Below, piece after piece: positions 37,102 to 51,400 of a stretch of 64,000 bases of DNA. The stretch is from assembly GCF_009914755.1 (NCBI RefSeq), contig NC_060932.1; one strand, 5' to 3'. Position 1 is the first letter of the stretch. Each line of letters opens with the position of its first letter. The notes under the pieces were generated by a model. That model was not told the origin of the DNA and did no database searches. It worked only from the letters and a program-made list of their open reading frames with translations. The DNA is from the human T2T-CHM13v2.0 reference genome, Homo sapiens. The position numbers were made by a program, and so were the translations under genes.

Positions 37102-37733
37102 TGTATCATTCTGGGTCCTATGAGGAGAGAAAATCACACAGTTGTTGAGTTCTCAACTTTGTAGAAGAGGGCACAGCTATTGCTCACTGGATGACAGAGA
37201 AGTCGTGAGATGTCATGCCAGCAGAACTTGCTGGAAATATGGCCTTTGGAACTTGCCAGAAATCCACTATCCGGGATACTGGACAAAGCTGCTTACTACA
37301 TGATTCTGCTGTCCTATGTGCATTGCAGGGGCCAGATACTGTGGAAGTGCCTGTGGTTTGAGAGGTGCTGTGAAGTGCCACTGATTGCCACACACTGCAG
37401 AAGTGGACACTGGGAAAAGGCCACTCTTCTTCAAAACTGCTCTGGAGATGGGACGTGTCATGGAAGCTGCTGGCTATGAAGATAATTGCTACCTGACTTG
37501 AGCTGAGAGAGTTAGGCACTAGAGAAGCTATGAACGCTATAGGAACCTACAAAGCCAACATATCCGAAGTACAGAACTAAGCTCTTTTTCTCTTGCAGTG
37601 CCCTCTGCTGACAAAACGTGCTGCCAACTGGCACAGGAAAAACAAATATTTAAAAGGACCCAAATCTATGTTCCCAGAGCAGTCTAAAAAGATGAATTTG
37701 TGGTTGAGAGGCAATGAATTTATAATCAGCACA
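37102..37733 (-). mobile_element. ERVL solo LTR, LTR41-like
   Basis: The minus strand starts TGTGCTGATTATAAATTCATTGCCTCTCAAC and contains GTCAGCAGAGGGCACTG; TG...CA ends. Confidence 0.65.
37596..37613 (-). promoter_or_regulatory. Candidate CTCF motif inside the LTR
   Basis: Reverse complement TGTCAGCAGAGGGCACTG, close to the consensus CCASYAGRKGGCRS. Confidence 0.45.
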
Positions 37734-39366
37734 ACCATGAAATACCAATATTTATTTCTCTGATAATTCCATCTCTAACTGAAACATTTTTCCAGAGTAT
37801 CATACCACAAACATCCATAAATTTCAGGTGTGTTTGTCATAAGTAACCTAGACAGACCAGGTATATCTTGCTAAAAAATTCCATAAATAATAAAACATTC
37901 TTCTAATAAATGCTATCAAGAGATTCAACTAGTATGTTTTGAGGGCAATTTGATTAGACTATTTATTCCCAGGTGCTTCAGAGAAGAAAACAAGTTACAG
38001 ACCAGCTGTTAATTCTTTTATTCCCAACTGACCATTGGCCATGACATTTCAGTAATGCAAAGAGATAGTTTTGCTTTTAGATATAATTAAGAATTTTGTT
38101 ATTAGAATTTAGAAATTTAGGAGAAAGAACTAAGTAAATTATTTATGGCAGAGAGACAGAAGAACTGTTATTTCAAAAGGTGTAGGAATGTTGATGGTAA
38201 GAAGATTTCAAAACCTTTTTAATGCATATTTCAGATTTCTCAGATCAATACTTTACACATTTATTTATATTACTGCTTCAAAATATTGTTTTTTACTCAT
38301 TTTCCAAACTGTGGTCTGTCTGTCGTATTAACTACATTTGTAAGTTATCCAAAACATTTGTTGAAATTTAAATAATTTCAGCCTTACAAATTAACATCTT
38401 ATATTGTGATCATGACATTTTCACTGTCACTACTCGCTATTTATTTTCATAACAAATAATTTTAAGCAACCAATCAAAATGTCCACTGTTGGTATTATGA
38501 CATATAAGAACCTGTGATCATTTTTCAACATTCAGAAATATTGCAAAATAGGTCTCAGTGCTGCAAAGGCACAAGAAATCATACAATAAAATTGCCTTAA
38601 TGAATTTTATATATTTTTGGCACATGTCTTTGTTTTCAGATTTCTTCACCAAGTAAATAACTAAAAAGTGTTTCCAGATGAAATAAAAATCTATATTCTA
38701 ATAAAAATAAGGGCATATACAAATCTATTTTTATTTCTTTTTATTTTGTTGGAAATAATACTAGGAACATCAGCATTTCCTTAGGAAAACTCAAGAGCAG
38801 TATAGATATCTCCAAATTAAAACCAATATTTGAAAAATCTCATCTAGTTTCTTTTCTTTGGATTTTTTTTTTCAAATTATCTCCTTGGCACAGTCATGAG
38901 TCACAAGAAATGAACATGATTGTGTCCTGATTGTGATGACTAAGGAAAAAGACAAAATAAGCATGACTTCTAATTACAGGTGTTGTGTACTCTGATGTGA
39001 AGTTGTAATTATAATTGCAATTTGTAATTGTAAAATTTGTAAAAATATGATGTGGACTTGATCCCCAGCAACTGCATGAAAGGCTTCTTAGAATAAACAT
39101 GTATTGGCACTCAGACATTTCTCATCTATTAATTTTGTCATGCACATAGTTCTAATTACTTCCCTTGGTGTGTCTTTAGAAGCCACCCAATGGAAGCACC
39201 TAACACCCAGAGGTCAACAGTCTATGGTCTTGGTCATAATAGTATATTAGGTGTAACAATCCAAAGAAGTGTATTCTCCTTAAACTTTTGTAAGAGCATT
39301 ACTCAGATGAGGCACAATATAGAGTATAAACTGCAGAGGCCACAAAAACTACAATAATCAAAAACT

Positions 39367-39661
<295 letters not shown>

Positions 39662-40924
39662 TTAGTAAATCACAATTTTAGTATGTTAAATGGTGCTTAG
39701 CAGCCTGAGAGAGTTAATTATTTTCCAAAGTATAGAACTTATTCGTAGTGAGCAAATTATTGGACCAGTCTTGCTGATTATGAAATATAGCATAAATATA
39801 TTACAATTATTAATAAAACTGTGATAATTATTTAATGATTTGACATTAGCTTGTATGTTCTAAATACATGACACACTAAATTGATTATTCCTGAACACGG
39901 TGACTAGAAAGAAGTAATTTACTATCACCTGATACCTTAAGACTTCCATATCTTATGGGGGTAAACATTTTAACTCTAGAATACATTTTATCATGATAAT
40001 TTATCATGAAATTGTGGCTAGTATTATTAAAGTGAGATATTGAAAGACAGCTCATACTTTGTATATTAGTCCCATTATTTTGTCTTATATTTTACTTTTA
40101 TAATTTATGCAAAAATATCACCATTCTTTTACACTATTTTGTATTTCATTGTTTTTGATAGTAAAGTTTTAGGTTAAATTGTTAAACACATTTTCCTATC
40201 TGGTTATCTCCATTAGTAACAAGCATAGAAAAAATGAAAACCATCTGAAGTCTTCCCATTTTTTTGTCTTACCTGTTATTTGATTTCGTTTGTATTTTTA
40301 AAAATCAGGCATTAAAAAAAACCTGAACTATCTGATCTATATTGAATCTTTACCTCCTGTTACTCTAAGCTTTCCTTATTTTATAATTAAAACATATTTA
40401 CAACTGAAATACTATGCCTTATATAGTTTAGAGAGAACAATTTAACTATTTTAGTATCACAATTTATAATCTAGTTTTGCTATGGTACAAAGGATTTGCA
40501 TTTGTTATTTAAAAAAAAACATGAAATAGTCTGATCTAGTATATCTAAAAGCATTGAAGTTGCAACCTCCTGAATTTCACCTAAATGCTCAACTATTCTT
40601 TAGTCCTTAAATGACACATGACCTTAGTTGTGGTCAATAGTTCAATGATCCAATATCGAGTAGATCTGATTTTTTCTATTTGTAAAAGATGCTTCCAATG
40701 TTCATGTTCTTTCTTGTTGCTATGTTTAAAATTCTTCTGTTTTGGACCTAAAATAACTTCAGATAGATTATTTTCCTTATTTTCAAATTCTAGTATTTTT
40801 ATAATGATAAATCCTTGATGTATGGTAATAAATTTCTGCTTTGGGTTAGTCCTATTTTCTTTCTTTCTTTCTCTCTTTTTTTTTTTGTGTGTGGCTAAAA
40901 AATACTTTTTCCAGAACACACGCT

Positions 40925-41090
40925 ACACTAGGCATTTTATAGACTACGAAGGATATAAATACGAAGTCTCTACCTTTAAGAAACTCACTGTCAAGTAATA
41001 GTGGCAGATACTAAACAAATAAATACAAGACTATATGATGAGTGACATGAAAAAGACAAGGTATAAAAATAGTAGAGAAAAGTGGGATGA
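40925..41090 (-). mobile_element. L2 fragment
   Basis: GTCTCTACCTTTAAGAAACTCACTGTCAAGT...TAAACAAATAAATAC resembles the L2 3' region in antisense. Confidence 0.45.
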
Positions 41091-42568
41091 ATGTGATAGA
41101 CTGACTATTAAAAGTTATTACATTGCATATGATCTTTCTGTTTTTAGATACTAATCAATGTAATACTCCAAACTGTATGTGATGAATATTTTGGAGCTCA
41201 GAATGATTTCTGACGTAATACTCAGAATGACTGATGGGCTTGACTCATAATAATGTTATTATTCTGCCCTTCTTTCAAACAAAATAAAGGTTTATACATA
41301 TTGCTGTCATCTAAAGGTTTTACATATTGCTATTGAGTACAAACTTTCCTGATCAAACCATCTTGGAATTTTTTCTCATATTTAACAGTTAATTTTAACT
41401 CTACTTTTCCAATTTAGATTTGCACTGATACTAAAAGTCATGTTTGAACATCTCTCTGTTATATCATGAACTCTGTAATAACGGCATCAATTTTAGAATA
41501 GAGTGGACATTTTTTCCTTTTCACTTTGTTTTTTGGTAAACATCTTTTTCTTTCCCTCATGAAATAGTCCCTTCTACTAGGTCCTCTTTCTACCTTTACT
41601 CTGTGGCTCCAGAAAAATCTTTTGTATTACATTATGGTCCCACTAGCTCCAAGTTCCTGATCTAAGAGAGAATACTTGATATAAGAAAAAAAAAATCAGA
41701 GCATGTTTCTGCAATGTTAAAAACTTGACTCTTCAAAAATCTTAAGTGGCAAAAATATTAAAACATATATTTCAATATTTTGTCAGCATGAGATTAAAAG
41801 CAGTGTGCTCAATGAGAAAACAAAATAAAACATTCAGAGAAGTAAAGTGATAGAGAAATGCCTAGAAGTATTTGAGCCTGTAATTATAACTATTACTGAG
41901 TCAAGTTCCATTACTAAATATTCTAATTGTTGATTAGACAGGCTTTTTAATTCTGTCAATTTTATCTAAGCTGGTTTAAGTAATCATAATACCACCTGCA
42001 ATACAAAGAGCAATGAACAATGCAGAGACATGAGACACTGAAAAGACAGATTTTAAAGTTTTGGAGAACAATACTAAAATCTAAAACACATTCATTCACA
42101 TACAACAAACCCATCATTTTTTCTCATCTTCTGAGGTAATAATATTTTTTTCTCTAACAATATTTGGATCTTGTAAAATAAGTTATGCTGATTTAAAACA
42201 TCATAGACTTTTGACATTGAAGTTAAAGGTGTGTGATGTTTAATTCAATATGTAAAATTAAATGATGAAAATTAATGGAACTCATAAAACTCAAATAAAG
42301 ATCAATATGTTCAAAGCAATTTCAGAGATACAATCAAGAAATAAGAAAACAAAAATGTTTCTTTTTATCATTATACATCTATTCTTAACAAAATATCAGT
42401 TTATAGTACTGCAAACAAGAACACAGAAAAAAGTCACAAACGGTATTTCCTAATTGTTGATAAACTAAAATCCCCTCAAAAACTAGTATTGTGTATGTAA
42501 TATATATATAGGCATTAAAATGGAAATTATGACAGTATATATTATATCATTAGAATAAGAATTTCATC

Positions 42569-43022
42569 TGTGTAGTTTGGTTCCTTAGAGAAACAGATGC
42601 CAAGACAGGATTAGACATGGAAGAGATTTATTGGGAGAAATATCTGTGAAAGAAAGTGGGATTGGTCAGGGGAGGCTGGAAAAGATTTCAGATTGTGATA
42701 CAGGCTTGACCAATGTACAGGTATCAGAGAAAGCACAGTGTGTGGGTAGAAAGAGTTTCAGACCGCAGTGTGTGGTTCTAAGAAAGATTCAGTCAGGCCA
42801 ATGGGGAGTCCTTGAGCCAAAGCCCTTGGACAGAAGAGTTCGTCTTGCAGAAATAAATCGGCAACTTTATACTTGCTGCATTTAGTTATTAGCTGGGAGC
42901 ATCCCATGGGACACCTGGTCTTGTGCAAATGGATGATTAGTTTCAGAGAGCAGCAGCTGACACCAATGGTCAATTATGTTTCCTGAGGAGGAGGTCGAGT
43001 AGTCTATTTTATGCTTATCACA
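42569..43022 (-). mobile_element. LTR16-family 3' LTR of a minus-strand ERVL provirus
   Basis: TGTGTAGTTTGGTTCC..AGAAACAGATGCCAAGACAGGATTAG..AGAGATTTATTGGG...ATCACA, followed by a reversed PPT-like sequence. Confidence 0.8.
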
Positions 43023-46000
43023 GTTCATACCTTGGTTGCACAGGCCTGTTTCTCCCCCAGGTTTGGAAAGCAGTTCCTCTGTGATCTCTGTTAGCCTCCC
43101 TCCCTGAGACAAAACTCAGAAGAGAGAGGTGAGTGGGGGGAACTACAGAGTTGCCTGCCATTCCACTTGATTTCAGTGTCACAAGTAATACTCATCCTCT
43201 TCCTCCTCCATTTTTAATTTTAAATTCTCCTCACCTTTAATTGTCAATTCTGCAAATCTTGGTGACCTAACAAACGGCATGACTCATAAATTCATTGCTA
43301 AAGAATTCAAACCCTGCTTATTATTTCCTTTTTAATCTGGAATTGGTGTAAGTGTCCACTAAGTTTTAATGGGGGAGATGAATACCAGCAGATACCAGGA
43401 TAGTTCACCTGGATTTTACATGTATTTCTACACTGCTGTTTAAAACCAAATCTCTCTTCTGCTGATCAGGGTTGTTAGAAATTAAGTCTGGAGTTGTAAA
43501 GAAAGACGAGTATTTAAACAAAGGATTTTTTAGTAAAGTAAATTTACTTTTGTGCAGAAGGGTGTTTTTTTGTAGGGGTAGTTTTCACGAGGGCCCACTG
43601 AACAAAGGAGAGTAGAAGCTTTTATTTTCAACGCATCTTTTCTCCCTGTGTCCTTTTCCCATTGGCTGGGGTTGGACCACACAATTTAAACTAGACTCGA
43701 TTGGCTAAACATTTAAACTGTTTTAGATAAGGTGGGCGAGTGATGGAGAGAGGGGAGAGGAGGAAGGGGCTATCTACAGAGGACTAGGGAGTCAGTCCAT
43801 TTTCAAATAAGGAAAGGAATGCAAGCTGGGGCTGTGGCATTCTGGGCATGTAGTAAAATTAGAAAGAAGAAAAAAGGAGAAGAAAGTGGGGGGTATTTCG
43901 AATTGGAGAATAAGAAGCTGAGCAGGCTATTTGAAGAGAAACCTTGCTATTTGTCACAAGGGTCATTCATACCCATCAGTATGGTGACTCCTTATCTGCT
44001 AGTCTCTATACATAAGGGTTCCAAAATGACTCAACAGCAGTTACAGTTTGAAATTCAGTGAGAGCCTTGCTCATCTCCTGGCAAGTGAACATCCCCTATG
44101 GGGAATAAATCTTCCAAATCCACAGACCCCTGAGTTGTAGGGACACCACTGTCCACAATCCCAGTGGTTCATTTGAAGTGATAGTAAGAAGTAACATTTT
44201 GGCTTCCCATACTCACATATGAAGCTCTGATATAATAGATACTGCATCTGGAAAGATAGCACACTGTATTTTCAGAGGATTGCCTCTGAGATGAAACCTC
44301 AGTTTTGTTTCTAGAAAGAAATGGTAGCATTCTATGAAGCTGTCTATTTCTGAAAGGTGAGGTATGTGGTACTAATAATAGATCCCAAGGTCATAGGCTC
44401 ATTCTCTCACTGCTTCTGCTGTGAAGTTGGACATTCATAGGCAATAGTAATAAAATTGGTCTTTGAAAATGCAAAACCATGCTACTGGACCTATACATAG
44501 CATCTGTCACTGCGATTGTGGACACTCACTTTATGTGTCCATCATGCATATTTCAGAGTAGCTGATAATAAAGTAATATCAACTGGCCAACTTATGTGCA
44601 TACTTGATTATTCAGTGCTTTCTTATTGATGAATGCTTCCTGGTGGGTGTTGATGTGTGGTACAATAATCTTAACTCTTTATTGCCATTGCTATACATCT
44701 GTCCCTGTGCTTCTTTCCATCAAGATCTCCTTTACTCTGATATTCAAGTCATTTTCCTTGCAAGATCCTGATCAAAAGGCTAGGACATTAATCAGTACTA
44801 AGAAACCTAAATATTATTTCCTTGACCGCTTTCATTTTAATTAATGGGAATACCAGTTGAACTACTCATAGTTCCTCTCATTCAAGATAGTTCCCCTCTC
44901 CCCTGTCTTTCAAGTGAAAGCTAGAAAGTCACTATTATGAAATCACTGGTGATTTTTTAGCTTGTAGCCAATCTCTGGGTAAGTCAAACATAATCCAAGC
45001 TCAGGGAATTTCTTCCTCCTTCAGCTATTTATATGGTTCCCCCACCGCTACCCTAACTATGTGAGCTGAAGGAGAGACACCCTGGCAACTGTGATGGGTG
45101 ACAGGATTTTCTGCGCTATATCTTTTTGGAGTATATACTGCAGAGGGTGAGAATGTTAGCATAGCTCTGAGGCAAAATTATAAATGAATATTGGCAGCTG
45201 TCTCACATGACTACAAAGTGTTTCTTATGTCCTTTTCTCTTTGAATGGAAAAGAATACATTCACCATATCAATGGCTGCATATCTTGTATATGGGGTCTT
45301 ATTTATCTGTTGTCGCATAGATGCTGTCCAGCCCTATGGCTGTGATAAGGATGCCACTTAGTCAAGTTTGCGGTCATCTATAATTATTATCCAGGTATTA
45401 TCTATCTCCTGAAAGGACCAGAATAATTAATTATAGATATACTAAGGACAATAGCCCCTACATTCTTTAGACGTTTATGTCTCCTCTAGTGATGCTAACC
45501 TATCATGCTGCCTGGTATGCAATACTGTTTTTTATGTATTATATCTGCTTGGGTGGGGGACTGTTTCAGTTTGCATAAATCAACAGTTTTTATGTTGCTG
45601 CCTGTCATTTTTATTCCTCCTGACTTCATGTTCATCCTGAGAGGCTCCAAGGCCTTGTTATCATCATTGCTGTCTCTTGGCTTCTTCCAGCTAAGTGCTA
45701 TCCTTTGCCCTCTTCTTTGAGGGTCCAACATTCTCTTGGGTAATAATGACGCCATCTCTATGGCAGTCTCTTCTGCTGTCAGTGATGCTGGTGCCATTCT
45801 CATTCACAATTTCCTGATGCCTTTGGTGACTGGTGTGTCCTCTGGGTCCTCTGTGGCACATAATCCTCTCGTGAGTTTTCTAATGTCTCCTGTAATTTGC
45901 GTTTCCACATGCCGTCTTTCCTCAGCTTCTTTATTTCTCCTTAACTGTTGGAGTAACACAGCCATCTTCACTTCACTAGGCAGTGGTAATTTACATTTTA

Positions 46001-46760
46001 GGCCTCAAAAAGCCATGCTGGCTGCATGTTTGCCCACTGCTTGGAATCTTTGAAAGTGTGTTAAATCAAATGTCCCAAGAAAATGCCAAATCAATAGATT
46101 TTTGATTATCCACTCTTACATTCTGGTCCCCTTGATTAAGCATTCTAATGCTATTAATATAATCCCAAGGGCATTGATCTGGTCCCTCCAGAATTTACTA
46201 TCTAATTAGTGTAATATCTTCAGCATCTATACTTTTTCCTCTCTTGGCAGGCCCTCTGCATGTTGGAATTTAACCCTACTTCTTGTCCTGGCAGTCAAGA
46301 GAAGAGGTAGGAACAACTACTGAATGTAGCTGTTGCAAAAGTGCTATATCATATTAGGGAAGTGAAGGACACCTCTAGAAGCTCTGAACCAACATCTTTA
46401 GGGGTGTCCATCCAAACGTCCTCCATCCCATGCTTAGAGGATCCAGGTTTTTCATACTCAGATCATGATTTTTCTATAACAGAGTTACCTTAACTAAGCA
46501 TTTAAATGTCTCTGAAGTTCTGCAAATCTTTCACATAAAGTCTCCTGTCTGCTGACTAGTTTCATCTATAAGAGGAAAAAATGCCTCTTGGTAAACCTCA
46601 AAAGAGCCCCTTTGGGGCTCACACTGAGCCTTTACCTACATGTGAACGCTGTGATGCCTGTGATCACCATCTGTGTTGGTGTATTTCCCAATATTATCTT
46701 TCTAATGCCTGAATCATTACACTTCAGTGGCACTCTTCACCAGGACTTTTTTTTTTTTAT
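43023..46760 (-). mobile_element. Decayed, internally deleted ERVL internal region (gag/pol debris)
   Basis: Minus strand of 45245-45400 resembles RT motifs DYRKLN...YAAIDLANAFFSI. RNaseH/integrase-like debris at 44250-45000 and gag-like debris at 45600-46700. Confidence 0.75.
43473..43958 (-). mobile_element. Younger solo LTR (ERV1-like, subfamily unassigned) nested in ERVL-int
   Basis: TGTTAG...TCACA ends. Perfect 5-bp TSD AGGGT at 43468-43472 and 43959-43963. Two ATTGG (CCAAT) boxes. Confidence 0.85.
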
Positions 46761-47192
46761 CACTACTTTCTGAGAAGCAGACTTCTGAGCTGGACCAACA
46801 AAAGATTTAGTGAGAAAATGTCTTCTAACAGAAATAAAAGGAGCATGTCAGAAGAGATTAAAAGAGCCTTCATACAATAGTGCGTATCTTTATTCTGTGA
46901 AGATTGGGAAATCCAGCAGAAAGGCCCTCAGACTTTAGCAGGGATCTAAGAAACACTTGGCCAGGCTGAAGAAGTGTCCTGTTGCCAAATCTCACATCAA
47001 AGCTGTCTTGCTTTTGTACATATGGGTCTGTATTAGTGCATCCTGCTCTCAGTTACCAGTTTCAAGTAGTCTGTGGGGAGTGTACCTCAGCGTCAACGTG
47101 ATGGTGGATTAATCACACAGTAATGGAAGCTTTTTATCAATATCCCTCCTAACAGAAGGAAATCTGAGTTGGACATTATGATTGTTGCCATA
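46761..47192 (-). mobile_element. LTR16-family 5' LTR of the minus-strand ERVL provirus
   Basis: CTGAGAAGCAGAC...AGATTTAGTG...CTAAGAAACACTTGGCCAGGC...AATCTGAG..GTTGCCATA, colinear with 42569-43022. The provirus is flanked by TCATC (42564-42568) and TCATT (47193-47197). Confidence 0.75.
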
Positions 47193-48295
47193 TCATTTCA
47201 TTGTCATCATAAAATATAAGCTCCTCAAATATGTAGATAAATGAACAAATAGTAATTGTTGAGAATATTTTAAGCTCTTATTTGAACATTACAGTTTTTC
47301 TTTGCTCTCTCTTTCTTATTTTGAAATAATAGATGATGTTAGGCTAAGAGGTAATATGATTTCCTGAAAAGGGGAAGTTCAGTAGCTCCCCAGGTAAATA
47401 TAAAGTAGATTCATAATGAATATGCTTAGGATGTTCTGCCCCAAACACAATCAATGAAATAGAAATCTGAGTTCCTTCACTCAGTGGTATGTGTACAATG
47501 TGAGCATATACCTAACTCCACTGAGCACAGCACTCTATATTTCACAAGATGTAGTATATTTGGGTTTGGATGTGCCCTGGTACAAATCCTACTTTTGCAA
47601 TTTTCTGTGTTTAGAATCTGGGATGAAATTTATTTCTCCAAATCCCAATTTAATATAAAATATCTAACACAATGATCTTTTGGGGGAGAGAGGGATTTTA
47701 TGGGATCAAATGAAGAACCTGACAGGTGCTCAGTTTATATTACTTTATTGATTGGTAGACTGGCAATATTTGCTACAAACTTAGGCATTACATTGAAGCT
47801 AACTGAGTTTACTTTTTATGGCCTTTGTTTTAAATGAAAAATTATATTAAGACACTATCATATAATGCATTTGACTTTATAATAGTTATGTTCCAGGAAG
47901 AGTACATTGTAATGTTTTCATTATTATATTTATTACATTAATAATATAAAACATACAGTATTGCACTTCCAACCTGCCTGTATACCAGAAACATTGTAGG
48001 ATATTTAAAAATACCTAGATTTAAATTATTGTATTATAGCTTAGATATAATTGACCAGAACTTCATAGAATCTGTAGTGACACTTAGTTATCTAATACTG
48101 CTAAGCTTTGTACTGTAGTTTGATAACCACCCTCTTAGCCTACTTGGATGAATGAAGAAAAGTATAACATTATAATATCTATAATAGTGGATAGAGTGAT
48201 AACTCTAAGTTCCCTGAGGCCCAGACTATCTTTTTCTGGTCAGCAGGTCCTCAAAATCAAGGTCTTACCTCTGGGAAAAAAATGAGAAAGGCATT

Positions 48296-48745
48296 TGAAG
48301 TAGTTATGCAATGCTATGTAGCAAATTACCCCAAGACTTAGAGGCATGACACAACAAATATTTTTTAGTCTCTTCAGATTTTCTGAGGGTTAGGAATCTG
48401 AGTACAACTTAACTGGGTGTCACTGACTCAGGGTGTCTTGGAAGGTTTCATTCAAGATGCTGGCCCAAGCTTTTGTTAGATCAAAGCTCAACATGGGGAA
48501 GATCAGCTTCCAGTCCACTCAAATAGCTGTTGGCATCCCTCAGGTTCTCACTGGCCATTGCCTGGAAATGTGAGTTCCTTGCCATATGGGACTTTCCATA
48601 GTTTAGATGATAGCATGTTAACTAGCTGTCTGCATAGAAAGCAAGTTAGGAAATTAGAGAAGGACCCAAGTCAGAAGCCACTATTTTTCTGCAACCTCAT
48701 CTTAGGAGTAACATTTCATAACGTCACTTTATTCGAATCTAAGAA
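48296..48745 (-). mobile_element. MLT1F-like MaLR LTR
   Basis: GCAAATTACCCCAAGACTTAG, GGTTAGGAATCTGAG and GAGTTCCTTGCCATATGGG. Confidence 0.75.
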
Positions 48746-49749
48746 AATATTGTTGGAACAGAGGCATGAGACAAACTCAAATAGATGTGGTTCTACAAAA
48801 TGAAAAAACTGAGTTCTGTAAAAATGTCAAGTCATTAATGACAAAAGAAAGTGGAGAAACTATTCTAATTTGAAGAAGACTAATAGTTTTCATCTGAAAT
48901 ACAGTGGAATTTACAATTATGGTCATTCAGGCAAAAATAGGGAGAGCATGAGCTCTTTCATTCTATTCCTCCTCAGCTTGGACATGCTGTTCTTCCAGAA
49001 GAGAGGCATGGAGATGGCAGGGAGTGGGAATGAAGAGGTAAGTTTATTTACTAGGGCCCTTGGAAATATATTCTCTCATGGAAATGAAACAAGGCATGCT
49101 TGGTTTTGTTTTTGAAATGTGTTCTAAAGTAAGGACTTGCCAATCCCGCTAAGGCAGATGGATTGTGAAGCAAGAAGAGTAATTTTTATGTCCACTTGTT
49201 TAAAGCAGTAGCATGAAATATGTGGAAGGCCCTTCATGGTAGACAGTTTATTGAAGATTACTTGGTCTGTCAATTCCCCCTTCAGGACGGATTGTTTATA
49301 AAGCTCAAAGATCTAAAAGGAGCTAGAATTGATTACATCAGTCAGAAAGCTTGATATGTTTTAACTCCTGAGGCAAGAGGAATGCAGCTGCTATCGTCTC
49401 TTGCTATAAGTCAAGATGGGAAAACAGAAAATGTGGCAAGAGTTGGAATGTAGACAAAAAAAAGTGAAGCATAATTTACTTGTCAGTATTAACTTTTTTT
49501 GTGCTCTATAGGCAAAATTATGTCTTAATAAAATATCTTCTCTCATCATTAGGTTGTATTTTAATTCCTTTGCATAGTGGATTTTATATTATCTAAAATG
49601 ATCCTTATATTTATTTTAACAAATGAATTAAATGTATAACTGAGTATTTGTATTTTTTTCCTCAGAGAGGTGGTTTAAAATTAAGAATATAATAGACTTA
49701 CTTTAGAAAATAGTGGAATTGTATATTTGCTAGATTAGCCTACACCAAA

Positions 49750-49914
49750 TATTAGTATCCATAGGATTCATTTGAAAAACTTTTTAATAATGCAGTTTTC
49801 TTGAGCCTTATGATTGCAGTGATCTGAAGAGATATCCAGAATTTCAACATTTTAACAAGTTCTCCAGTGAATTCTACTGCAAGGAGCTTTCAGAGCCTGC
49901 TTTATAAACCACAG
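49750..49914. mobile_element. MER5-like hAT-Charlie remnant
   Basis: AATAATGCAG...CATTTTAACAAGTTCTCCAGTGAATTCT...CTTTATAAACCAC. Confidence 0.55.
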
Positions 49915-51400
49915 TTCAAGGCCATTGCATGGCATTAAGTTAATAAAACAAATTTAACTTGATGCTAGATGTCTACTGTTAAAACTCAATGCTTCATTCA
50001 TTAAGGGGAATCATGGTAATTTTTTTTTTTTTGCTTTATGGTGAGCCCACATTTGATCTCTTAGGAACACTGCATCAACCATTACATATAATCAAAGACA
50101 TAGAAAGAAGAAAACACTTCAATAAAATACATTCACTTTAATTGTATTTTTGACATGCCCTTCTAAATAGATAGTTAATCTGGAAGTAGTATGAAGACAG
50201 AGCATTGTTTTTGCTTAGACCAGGGAAATCATATATCTCATTTATTCTGGGTCTACTATAATTCTACTTAATCTCCTGAGGGACAAGGTCACTATCTTCT
50301 CTCAAGTTTACAAGAAGTCTTGTACCAACTTAATATGAGAAATGTGTTATAAGGTTTTTTTTTTTAATTAACAAAATGTACATAAGCATTAAAGTGCTGG
50401 ATATGGAAAAAATGGATTTTAACCTCTCTACCACCCCATTAAGTACTATTGTAACAAACACAGATGTGATTGACATTTTAACACTCATTTTAGGTTGAGT
50501 GGGAACGGCTTACAATACATCAAATAATGCAATATTGGTTAAGAACAGACAGAAAGAATGGAAACAGTTCTATTCTATAGAAATCATAATCTATTTTTAA
50601 AATGACATTTCATAATAGTGGAGATCCAATAAAATATACTTATTCTGCAAAATGGCATTTTAAGTTAGTGGAGAACCAACAAAATATGATGGAAATCCTA
50701 GCTGATCATTTGGAAGAAAATGGTAGGTCTGTGGTTCATCTTACATATAATTATAAATTCAAAAAATATCAAATATTCTGATTACAAATTACAAAAATAA
50801 CAAAGTACTTTTTTATATGTGGTTATATGATTAGGGTAATAACCTAAACATGACATCTAAGGAAGAAACCAGAAAGTATGTGTGAACATAGAAATCCAAA
50901 ATGAAAAATAGTCATATACAAAGTGCTAACTGTGAACATATTTGCAAAATACTTTACAAATCTTTGCTTTTCAAATTAAAAAAATACAAATCAACAAGTG
51001 TATGATGTACTTTCATGAATACATAACGGTGAAATTTATAAATTGACCATTCACTAAAGAAAAAGAGCAAAAGCAGACCAAAAAGTCTTATACTTGTAGA
51101 GTTTACATTCTACTACCAGGGGGATATACTTCCTCTTCAGGGTATTTTGATATTAAACAATAAAACTAGTAATGGTATGTACTTTAGATGAAGGAATTGA
51201 GTTTATGAAACTTCAAGTTTCTGGACTTTAAGATGAAGACCATATGTGAGCAAATAGATACATTACATGGATGATCATCACAGTATTGAAAGGGAAAATT
51301 TTAACACAGCTTAAACCTTGACTTTCTCCCTAACTGGCCATAATAGGTCAGTCTGGCAGGAAGCTTGCAGTTTGCTTTTAAGCATTAAAAAGTACATTTA

